27,035 nt of DNA. Origin: an uncultured Acidobacteriota bacterium. GTDB lineage: Bacteria; Acidobacteriota; UBA6911; RPQK01; JAPXNP01. The stretch is from NCBI GenBank assembly GCA_964422565.1, contig CAYRCA010000003.1:1-27035 (forward strand). The letters are read 5' to 3'. The notes below the pieces were generated by a model that saw only the letters and a list, made by a program, of their open reading frames with translations, was not told where the DNA came from and searched no databases. Numbering within the stretch: position 1 is the stretch's first letter; every line of letters starts with the position of its first letter. Below are positions 1-7,482 of the stretch, one piece after another. The position numbers and the translations under genes were made by a program.

Positions 1-449
1 ATGCCCTTGCTCCTCCAGTAGTCGTCGCTCGTCGTGACGGCCGTTTCCAGGTTGACGATCCGGACGTCGGGATCACGGCGGCGGAAATCCTCCAGTGCGT
101 CGCCCCAGATGTAATCGAAGGCCGCCCGCCGGGGGATGGCTCCGTGGACCCGTTCCGCCAACTCCACGTATCCCGCGGCCGACTTCATGTAGGGTTCGTG
201 GAGGCGAGGGGGCGCCGAATGGGGGAGGATCTGGTCGATGCCGCGGCCCGTCATCACGTCTCCACCGAGGCAGAGCGTCACGGCTCGGGAATCTCGGTTC
301 TCGGCGCCCGGTCTCGCGCTGGAAGCCTGGGAGGAAGCGGCCGCCCCGAGGAAGGCCATCCAACCTCCGGAGAGATGCAGAAACTCCCTGCGATCGTGAG
401 CCTCGAGGCAATCCCGGGTCGGAACCGGTTCGGCAGACAGGATCCTCAT
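1..449 (-). CDS. CapA/PgsA-family metallophosphoesterase (poly-gamma-glutamate synthesis-like), N-terminal part only; the gene continues beyond the window start. Twin-arginine (Tat) signal peptide.
   Basis: Hand translation of the reverse strand from the ATG at ~449 gives MRILSAEPVPTRDCLEAHDRREFLHLSGGWMAFLGAAASSQASSARPGAENRDSRAVTLCLGGDVMTGRGIDQ...NLETAVTTSDDYWRSKG, with no stop before position 1. The RREFL plus hydrophobic stretch plus AxA is Tat-signal-like. CLGGDVM...GRG and NLE..V are typical of CapA-family proteins. Not in the ORF track because it is truncated by the window edge. Confidence 0.6.
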   Translation of the reverse strand, partial: MRILSAEPVPTRDCLEAHDRREFLHLSGGWMAFLGAAASSQASSARPGAENRDSRAVTLCLGGDVMTGRGIDQILPHSAPPRLHEPYMKSAAGYVELAERVHGAIPRRAAFDYIWGDALEDFRRRDPDVRIVNLETAVTTSDDYWRSKG

Positions 450-690
450 CCCGTACTCGAGTCTAACCTAATCTGGAGAATCCCGGGGGGTGGATCCCGC
501 CGCTGATCGTTGATAACCGACCGTCCACCCGCAAAGCCTGTGCGCACCCTCGTTCGCGGCGCTATCTTTGTGGCCGGGCCGGGTTTCGCGTCGGAGTGGA
601 ACGCTCGGTTCTCCACACACGACCTTGCGGGGAGGAAGAAGCGATGGAGAAGCGAGTCGAGAGGAGGGGATGGCGTAAGGAGGTGGAAAC

Positions 691-1224
691 GTGAGTGCCA
701 AGTCTTTGAGGTTTTCGACTCTGGCCGGCAAGACCGTTGTCGTCCATACGGTGACCTACTTTGTCGCGGGGATTCTGGCCTACACGCTCGGGAACTACGA
801 GCGGACCTTCGCCGAACCTCCCCTGTCCCACTTCATGCGCCCGACCACGGACCCCTGGGTTATGGCGGGCCCCCTGTTCCAGCCGATCCGGGGGCTGATT
901 TTCGCGCTGGCGTTTTTTCCTCTGCGCGAGGTCCTGTTTGCCCGTAAGAAGGGTTGGCTGATTCTCTGGTGGGTCCTGGTGGCCCTGGGTATCCTGTCCA
1001 CCTTTGGGCCTTCACCGGGTTCCGTTGAAGGGATGATCTACACCATCATCCCTCCGTTGGACCAGATCCTGGGACTCTGGGAAACGGTCCTGCAGTCCTT
1101 TCTTCTGGCGGCGCTGCTCTTCCAATGGGTGAACCATCCGGAGAAGAGGTGGCTCAGCTGGACGCTGGGCGTCGTGTTCTCCATCCTGATGATCCTTCCC
1201 GTCCTGGGCCTGCTGGCGTCGTGA
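691..1224 (+). CDS. Hypothetical polytopic inner-membrane protein (about 4 TM helices).
   Basis: Track ORF with a GTG start and AAGGAGG 6 nt upstream. Several hydrophobic helices (VTYFVAGILAYTL, IRGLIFALAFFPL, WLILWWVLVALGIL, LGVVFSILMILPVLGLL). Confidence 0.55.
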   Translation: MSAKSLRFSTLAGKTVVVHTVTYFVAGILAYTLGNYERTFAEPPLSHFMRPTTDPWVMAGPLFQPIRGLIFALAFFPLREVLFARKKGWLILWWVLVALGILSTFGPSPGSVEGMIYTIIPPLDQILGLWETVLQSFLLAALLFQWVNHPEKRWLSWTLGVVFSILMILPVLGLLAS

Positions 1225-1759
1225 TCCCAGGGAAGGGGATCGACGCCGGGAGGATTGGGCCCGGAGCGGACGTCTCCCGACCTCCCGGCGTACCGCCGGC
1301 ATCCCGGCCGGCACGGGAACCGCGATGCCACAGGCTCCCGCCGTGAGACCAACCCTTATCGGTCGCGCCGGCCTTTGTGGCGTCCACCTCGCGGCGCAGA
1401 GACCGGTGCCCGCGAACGCTATTTCTTTCTTCGTGCGGGCGGACCCGATGCCGTCGCTCGGAGAACCCTGGATCCCGATTGGGAGATAGTGGACCGGCCG
1501 GCGAACTGCTCGGGAGCGGCTCAACTGCTCGCCGTCGTGGACACGGCAGAGTCCTCCGGCCGGCTGATCCATCAGGTTTCGCTTCCCGCCGAACGAGACG
1601 GGCTTCTCGCCACCCGTTTTCCAGCGTGAGATTCGCGACGGCGATGCGGAGTGCGTTATGGTGGACTCCCGACGACGGAGTCGCGGGTGGGGACCCTTCG
1701 CAGGAGTCCGTCGGCCCGCGCTTCCGTAATCACTGAAATGTGGGCAGGCGAACGTCTAC

Positions 1760-2596
1760 TTGCCCATCGGATGGCGGCGCGTCTCGAGGGTGGCGCGTGG
1801 AATCTCTTTCTTCTTGTTCCTCGCGGGCGCAGCCCTTACAATGCCCTCATTCTGCCGTCGTCGAACGGGGGAGCGAGAGCATAAGGTTTCTCGGTTGGAT
1901 TCGGACGCGAAAGGTCCGCTCGATTTGGAGAGTCAAATCAGAGTCATTGCCGACTTCTCCGCTATGGCGCTGGGAATGCTTGAGTGGGCGCCCGTCCAGT
2001 GGCTTGGGGGTTGGTGGGCCGGAATGTCCTTCTCCCTGCAGTTCTTCTACGCAATCGGAGTCGTTGCCCTGCTGCTGCTGATGTTTCAGGTCGTTCTCCT
2101 GATCGCCGGGTCCGGGGAACTGGACGTGGGCGAGGGCGAGGCGGGCTTTCTGTCCTTGCGCGCCGTCGCCGGTTTTCTTCTGGGCTTTGGGTGGATCGGC
2201 GCCATCAGCCTGGAAAACGGCTTCGGCCTCCTCGCCGCGGTCGTCTTCGGTTCGCTGTCGGGGGGAGCGCTGATGGGCGCGGTGACGCTGGTCATGTGGG
2301 CTCTTCATCGCATGCGGACCAGCGGGACGCTCAACTATGAAAACGCGGTCGGAGCGGTGGGGACCGTGTACCTGCCGATTCCGCCCCTTCAGCAGGGAGC
2401 GGGGAAGGTCGAGGTTTACATTCAGGGGCGGTCGGTGATCGTGCCCGCCTATACGCGGCACGGAGAAAGAATCGGCAATCAGCAGCGCGTTCGGGTCAGC
2501 GGGATGATCGACCCGCGGACGCTCCTTGTGGAGCCGCTGGCCGTCCCACTTTCCGAGTCGGCGGACGACTCCGTCTCCGGGAGTTCAAGGACATGA
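1760..2596 (+). CDS. NfeD/YqiJ-like membrane protein (flotillin partner). The true start is probably the internal ATG at 1964, giving about 210 aa.
   Basis: N-terminal TM helices followed by a C-terminal OB-fold-like segment (GKVEVYIQGRSVIVPAY...GERIGNQQRVRVSGMIDPRTLLVE). Its stop overlaps the start of the downstream flotillin gene in an ATGA arrangement. The first 68 aa of the longest ORF are Arg-rich and low complexity. Confidence 0.7.
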   Translation: MPIGWRRVSRVARGISFFLFLAGAALTMPSFCRRRTGEREHKVSRLDSDAKGPLDLESQIRVIADFSAMALGMLEWAPVQWLGGWWAGMSFSLQFFYAIGVVALLLLMFQVVLLIAGSGELDVGEGEAGFLSLRAVAGFLLGFGWIGAISLENGFGLLAAVVFGSLSGGALMGAVTLVMWALHRMRTSGTLNYENAVGAVGTVYLPIPPLQQGAGKVEVYIQGRSVIVPAYTRHGERIGNQQRVRVSGMIDPRTLLVEPLAVPLSESADDSVSGSSRT

Positions 2597-4050
2597 CATT
2601 GGGATTGCCGTTTCTGCTCTTCGTGTTTGGTGTGTTTCTCCTGTTTATCGGGCTGGTGGTCTTTTTCGCCCGCTACAAGCGTTGTCCCGCCAACAGGATT
2701 CTAGTGGTGGCCGGCAAGGTCGCCGGAGACCGGTCGGCTCAGTGCTACAACGGCGGCGCCACCTTCGTCTGGCCCCTGATCCAGGAGTACGGCTATCTCG
2801 ACCTGACTCCGATCCAGATCGAGATCAAGCTGGAGAGCGCGCTTTCCATGCAGAATATCCGGATCAACACTCCGTCCACCTTCACCGTGGGGATCTCGAC
2901 CGAACCGGGAGTCATGGAGAACGCGGCGGAGCGAATGTTCGGGCTTCCCCGGCAGGAGATCCGCGATCTGGCCCGGGACATTATCTTCGGTCAGATGCGG
3001 GTGGTCATCGCCATTATGTCCATCGAGGAGATCAACTCCGACCGGGATAAATTCATCGAGAACATCTTTAACGTGGTCGGTAGCGAACTGAAGAAGATTG
3101 GGCTGTATCTGATCAACGTCAACATCCAGGACATCACGGACGAGTCCGGATACATCGACGCTCTGGGGCAGGAGGCGGCCGCTCGGGCCATCAACGAGGC
3201 GAAGAGAAAGGTGGCTCAGCAGGAGCGGGACGGCGAGATAGGGAAGGCTCGGGCCGAGCAGGAGCGCAGAACCGAGGTGGCCCGCTCCAACGCCGAGGCG
3301 GTCCAGGGAGAGGACCTGGCCAAAGTGACGGTTGCGAATTCCAACGCGGAGCGCCGGGAACGGGAGGCTGAGGCGGAACGTCGGGCCGCGGCGGCGGAGA
3401 AGGTGCAGGCGGCCCACGCCCTCGAGGAGGCCTACGCCGCCGAGCAGGAGGCGGAGAAGGCCCGGGGCGAGCGGGATCGGGCGGCCGAGTATGCCAACGT
3501 GGTGGTCCCGGCCGAAGTCGAGAAGGCTCGAATTGAAACGCTCGCCGAAGCCGAGGCGGAGAAGGAGCGCCGCCTCAAGCGAGGCGAGGCCGACGGAATT
3601 CGGATGGTCATGGAGGCGGAGGCCCTCGGGGTCGAGGCCAATCTTCGCAAGAAGGCCGTCGGTCTGGACGATCTGGTCAAGGCTTCCGGCGACGATCCCC
3701 GGCTGGCCGCGCTCCTGCTGATCGCCCACAGCCTGCCCGAGTTGGTCGCCGAGCAGGTGCGGGCCATCTCCAACCTTAAGATCGACTCGATCACCGTCTG
3801 GGAGGGTGGACGCAAGGAGAATGGGCGGACCAGCACGGCCGATTTCCTCGCCGGGCTGGTGGGTGCGTTGCCTCCACTTCACGAGATTACCCGCAACGTC
3901 GGCATCGAGCTGCCCGATTTCCTGGGGAGAGTCGGTCAAGAAACCGAGGTGAGGGACAGCGTTCCTTCCGAGACTGCGCGGAGGGCCGGCGAAGCGGCCC
4001 CGGCCCCCGCCGTCACGTCTTCGCCGGAAGCGACGGATAAGAAACCGTAG
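2593..4050 (+). CDS. Flotillin-like SPFH/band-7 protein (YqiK/FloT-like).
   Basis: N-terminal TM helix, SPFH domain, then a long Ala/Glu/Arg-rich coiled-coil (EAAARAINEAKRKVAQQERDGEIGKARAEQERR...). Translationally coupled to the upstream NfeD gene. Confidence 0.85.
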   Translation: MTLGLPFLLFVFGVFLLFIGLVVFFARYKRCPANRILVVAGKVAGDRSAQCYNGGATFVWPLIQEYGYLDLTPIQIEIKLESALSMQNIRINTPSTFTVGISTEPGVMENAAERMFGLPRQEIRDLARDIIFGQMRVVIAIMSIEEINSDRDKFIENIFNVVGSELKKIGLYLINVNIQDITDESGYIDALGQEAAARAINEAKRKVAQQERDGEIGKARAEQERRTEVARSNAEAVQGEDLAKVTVANSNAERREREAEAERRAAAAEKVQAAHALEEAYAAEQEAEKARGERDRAAEYANVVVPAEVEKARIETLAEAEAEKERRLKRGEADGIRMVMEAEALGVEANLRKKAVGLDDLVKASGDDPRLAALLLIAHSLPELVAEQVRAISNLKIDSITVWEGGRKENGRTSTADFLAGLVGALPPLHEITRNVGIELPDFLGRVGQETEVRDSVPSETARRAGEAAPAPAVTSSPEATDKKP

Positions 4051-4135
4051 TAGAGCTGTTTTGAGGGACGGAGAACCGGATGCCGCCAGCCACCGAGACC
4101 GTCGGATCCACTCAGCCCGCTTGGGTCGTGGTACG

Positions 4136-4537
4136 ATGAACCATCCTTCCATGGTGCTACTGAGACCGAGTCTTTGTGTTGTCGAAGAAAGGGAGATCGA
4201 CGGCGTCGCGGTTCTTTCGATTGAGCGCGACTTGATGCCGCCCGACGAGTGCCCACTCAGGGACCGTGTCGACGCGTTGGTGGAGTTGGGGCGCCTTGAC
4301 GTTCTCATCGATCTTCGGCATTGCCCCGACATGGACTCGTCGGACATCGGCCGTCTCATCCGGGCGCACCATTCGGTTCGCCGAGCGGGTGGACGAGTCC
4401 GGCTGTTCGGTGTCGAGACAAGGGTTGCGACTCTGCTGGAGATGACGCGTCTGAACACGGTCCTTGACGTTCACCCGACCGAGGAGGCGGCGCTGGCCGC
4501 GGTTCGCGGGACCGAAATCCGGTCCTCGGAGGCCTGA
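4136..4537 (+). CDS. STAS-domain anti-sigma-factor antagonist (SpoIIAA/RsbV-like).
   Basis: DMDSSDIGRLI matches the conserved phosphorylatable DSSG loop, and the overall layout is that of a single STAS domain of about 130 aa. Start taken at the internal ATG (M26 of track ORF 4061..4537). The longer form has an Arg-rich, unlikely N-terminus. Confidence 0.65.
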   Translation: MNHPSMVLLRPSLCVVEEREIDGVAVLSIERDLMPPDECPLRDRVDALVELGRLDVLIDLRHCPDMDSSDIGRLIRAHHSVRRAGGRVRLFGVETRVATLLEMTRLNTVLDVHPTEEAALAAVRGTEIRSSEA

Positions 4538-4582
4538 TTCGCCCGGGCTCTTTTCGGTCCAGTCGAGAGCGATCCGGCAACC

Positions 4583-4600
4583 ATATCGTATAATATCGTA
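4583..4600. repeat. Tandem direct repeat ATATCGTAT(A/G) x2 with a 10-bp period, inside an AT-rich convergent intergenic region. It contains a perfect TATAAT.
   Basis: Read directly: CATATCGTATAATATCGTATG. Confidence 0.6.
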
Positions 4601-4684
4601 TGTTACTACTGGCACCATAAAAGCTGCAAAGATCGTTGACGATTTGGTCTTGGCGTCGGCCTCCTTTCACGCTCCGGCCCCCCT

Positions 4685-5995
4685 TCAGTCGGCCCGCTCC
4701 GCAACCGGATCGGCGGCGCCCCGCTCGGCCTTGGTACGGTGAATGCCGAGTTGGACGTAGTCGCGTCGAAAGAAGAGATCGGCGGTCCAGTCGAGGGCAA
4801 TGCGCAGGCGTCGCGACCAGCCCGGCATCTTCATCAGATAGATTGTGCGCCAAAGAAACCAGGCCGCAAACCCGGAGAGCTTCACTCCCATCACCCGGGC
4901 GACCCCGGTTCGGCAACCGAGGGCGGCCAGGGACCCGAGCGTCCTGTAGACGAAGGGAGTGGGTTCCCGCCCGCGGAGGACTCGGGCCAGGCTTTCGGCC
5001 AAATGCTGTCCCTCGGCGACGGCATGTTGGGCTGTGGCGGGGTAGGGACTCCCGTCGGGGGCGGGATTGACGGCGCAGTCGCCGATACCCCAGATCCGGT
5101 CTTGGCCCTTGACCCGCAGATCGGGTTCGCAGAGCAGGTAGCCCAGGTCGTCAACCGGCAGATCGAGCCGCTCGAGCAAAGGAGGAGGGGCGATTCCGGC
5201 ACACCAGATAACGGTGGAGGAGCTCAGCACGTCGCCCCCGGTTAATCGGACCGCGCGGCTACCGATTTCCTCCACCGAACTGTTCAGCCGTACGTCCACT
5301 CCCATGCTCCGCAGTTGACGCGTGGCGTATCGCGACAGGTCCTCACCCAGCGGGGCCAGGGTCCGATCGCTGATTTCGATCAGCGTAACCCGACAGTCTT
5401 GAGACCGTACGTTACGGTAGAATCGACTGGCGCGTCGCAGGAATATGAGAAACTCTCCGGCGACTTCCACTCCGGTGAAGTTTCCCCCAACGACGATGAA
5501 ATGAAGGAGTGTCCGACGTTCGTCCGGGTCGTCGGACGCTTCGGCCCGTTCCAGCATCTGGATGGCGCGGTCGCGCAGGGCTACGGCATCGGCGAGGCTC
5601 TTAATGCCGAATCCGTACTCCTTCAGTCCGGAAACGGGCATCAGTCGGGTCACACTTCCCAGCGCGACGACCAGGTGGTCGTAGGTCACTGAGGCGGCTT
5701 TTTTCGCACCTTCGATCCGGAAATGAACTTCCCGCCGGGGCGGGTCGACTCCAGTGACCTGGGCCATGCGAAATTCGGTGGCGTTCAGGAAGGAGCGGAT
5801 CGAAACGACGGCGTGGCGGGGTTCCAGCCCTCCGGTACCCGCCTCAACCAGCAAGGGGTAGAAGACGAAGTAGTTGTGCCGGTTGATGAGGAGTATCTTC
5901 GCGTCGAGGCCTTTCAGCGTACGCTCCAGCCGTTGAGCGCAATAGGCCCCGGCGAATCCTCCGCCTATGATGACGACTCGTCTGGGTTGGTTCAT
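4685..5995 (-). CDS. ndh: Type-II NADH dehydrogenase (NDH-2), an FAD-dependent pyridine nucleotide-disulfide oxidoreductase.
   Basis: N-terminal VVIIGGGFAG Rossmann motif, a second dinucleotide-binding motif (HFIVVGGNFTGVE), and a C-terminal amphipathic or membrane-anchoring tail. 436 aa. Confidence 0.85.
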   Translation of the reverse strand: MNQPRRVVIIGGGFAGAYCAQRLERTLKGLDAKILLINRHNYFVFYPLLVEAGTGGLEPRHAVVSIRSFLNATEFRMAQVTGVDPPRREVHFRIEGAKKAASVTYDHLVVALGSVTRLMPVSGLKEYGFGIKSLADAVALRDRAIQMLERAEASDDPDERRTLLHFIVVGGNFTGVEVAGEFLIFLRRASRFYRNVRSQDCRVTLIEISDRTLAPLGEDLSRYATRQLRSMGVDVRLNSSVEEIGSRAVRLTGGDVLSSSTVIWCAGIAPPPLLERLDLPVDDLGYLLCEPDLRVKGQDRIWGIGDCAVNPAPDGSPYPATAQHAVAEGQHLAESLARVLRGREPTPFVYRTLGSLAALGCRTGVARVMGVKLSGFAAWFLWRTIYLMKMPGWSRRLRIALDWTADLFFRRDYVQLGIHRTKAERGAADPVAERAD

Positions 5996-6069
5996 ACCAT
6001 CAGACTAGTAGAACGGTAGGGATCGAGTCTCGGCGATTCGACCGGAGACGCTATCAGATTGACCGATCA

Positions 6070-6453
6070 TTACGGGATCGGGTTTTCTCCGGTGAGTACG
6101 TCCAGCTTCCTGTTCCAGTCGGTGAGAATCGGCTCGATTTCGATGGTGACGATGTCGCCGACCAGAGCGTAGTCCTTGTTTTCGAGGGCTTCGACCAGGG
6201 GTTCCAAGACCCCCGGCAACCCCTCCAGGCTGATCGGGACACCCCGCTCCTCCTGGAGCGGAAAAGTCAACTGGACCGCCTGCGAGATGCAGCCGAGCCC
6301 GCTGAGCAGGAACTGAAGCAGTTTCACGCCTTCCTGTTCGCGCCCCACCCTGAACCGGTCGCCGATGGAGGAGCAGACCGACAGCAGCTCCCCGCTGTGC
6401 CGGCGGGCCTCTTCAATGGCTTGGGACATCAATTGGGACCGTTCATTCACCAC
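6070..6453 (-). CDS. Hypothetical protein in the late-flagellar cluster, downstream of the fliS and FliT-like genes.
   Basis: Strong RBS (GGAAGGAG, 7 nt before the ATG). 127 aa, mostly helical by composition. No family recognised. Confidence 0.6.
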   Translation of the reverse strand: MVNERSQLMSQAIEEARRHSGELLSVCSSIGDRFRVGREQEGVKLLQFLLSGLGCISQAVQLTFPLQEERGVPISLEGLPGVLEPLVEALENKDYALVGDIVTIEIEPILTDWNRKLDVLTGENPIP

Positions 6454-6637
6454 TTGTCTCCTTCCGAGCGAAGGGTCCGGCTGTCTCCGGGCCGGAGCCA
6501 GATTGACGGGAAAGCAAGAGACGTGCCAGTGGGAAGAGGGCCTTCTTTAGGACAAGTTGGACCCGCCGGAGAAGTCGGAAGCGTCGGACGGCCGCCAGAA
6601 ATTTGACGGGATGCGTCGGGAAACGGGGATCGTCGCC

Positions 6638-6982
6638 TCAGCCGGTGCGGGAGTAACGGGTTCCCCCGGGCGGCGGATTGTGGAAGGCGGAAAAGTAACG
6701 GCGCTGGGCCCGCAGCTGGGTCGTATCGTTCTGCGCCTGGTCGATCAGCTTCTGCCAGGTGGCCTGATTTTCTTGAATCCGTTCGTCGATCCGGCGAATG
6801 AGATTCTCCAACTCGCTTCTGAGTTCCACGCTTAGCCCGCTGAAGTCGTCGTTCGCCGCGACCTTCTCGGCGTGGTCCCCGATGGTCTTGTGGAGAGACC
6901 GCAGCGTCGCGAAGTCACCCTTTGCGAGGGCGTCCTTTTGTTGCGACAGCAGACTTTCCAGTGTCCGGTACTCTCCCAGCAT
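6638..6982 (-). CDS. Putative flagellar export chaperone (FliT/FlgN-like). The assignment is tentative.
   Basis: 114-aa helical protein starting 7 nt after the fliS stop. Its position after fliD-fliS matches fliT in Bacillus-type operons. Sequence similarity was not established by eye. Confidence 0.5.
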   Translation of the reverse strand: MLGEYRTLESLLSQQKDALAKGDFATLRSLHKTIGDHAEKVAANDDFSGLSVELRSELENLIRRIDERIQENQATWQKLIDQAQNDTTQLRAQRRYFSAFHNPPPGGTRYSRTG

Positions 6983-6989
6983 GTGTTTC

Positions 6990-7466
6990 TCAGTAGGTCG
7001 GGCCGGCGCATTCGGTCGAGGTCAGGGAGAGCCGATCTCTCCCGTTGCCGACCGTCGATGGGAATGACTTGGTCTCCGGTTTCTCGGAGGCGATCTTGAG
7101 TCGGGCTTCCTCCCACGCCGACAGAAGGGTCTCGAGTAGCCTGGCGATCTCCTCCAGAGTATCTCCGTCCTTCCTCAGGTTGGCCTCGGTCAATCGCCGG
7201 AGCATGTACGCGTAGAGGCGGTCGAGCGACTTGGCGATCTCACCGCCCCGTTCGAAGTCGAGGGCGGTCTTGAGCTCACCAATGAGGGCGCCGGCCTTGT
7301 TGATACATCGCACCCGCTTCTCGATGTCGCCCTTATCGAGGAAATCCCTGGCCTGGCGCAGTTCCTTGATGGCGCCATTGTACAGCAGGAGAATCAGTTC
7401 GAGGCGATCGGCGCCGTTCACCTGCATGGCCTGGTAGCGGCTTGCGGGATGGTATGCAAGACCCAT
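6990..7466 (-). CDS. fliS: Flagellar export chaperone FliS.
   Basis: YQAMQVNGADRLELILLLYNGAIKELRQA...GGEIAKSLDRLYAYMLRRLTEAN matches the FliS family signature region. Confidence 0.85.
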   Translation of the reverse strand: MGLAYHPASRYQAMQVNGADRLELILLLYNGAIKELRQARDFLDKGDIEKRVRCINKAGALIGELKTALDFERGGEIAKSLDRLYAYMLRRLTEANLRKDGDTLEEIARLLETLLSAWEEARLKIASEKPETKSFPSTVGNGRDRLSLTSTECAGPTY

Positions 7467-7482
7467 TGGTCTTCCTTTCCGT

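Noticed and set aside
1012-1572. 186-aa minus-strand ORF, and the 510..947 and 1255..1629 plus-strand ORFs
   Set aside because: These overlap the better-supported membrane-protein gene or lie in the GC-rich gap. Low-complexity Arg/Pro-rich translations. The C-terminal half of 1255..1629 looked faintly protein-like but has no plausible start or SD.
2701-4458. 585-aa ORF on the minus strand
   Set aside because: Antisense to the flotillin gene. Arg/Pro/Gly/Leu-rich low-complexity product, typical of a high-GC antisense frame. The flotillin sense frame has clear SPFH and coiled-coil features.
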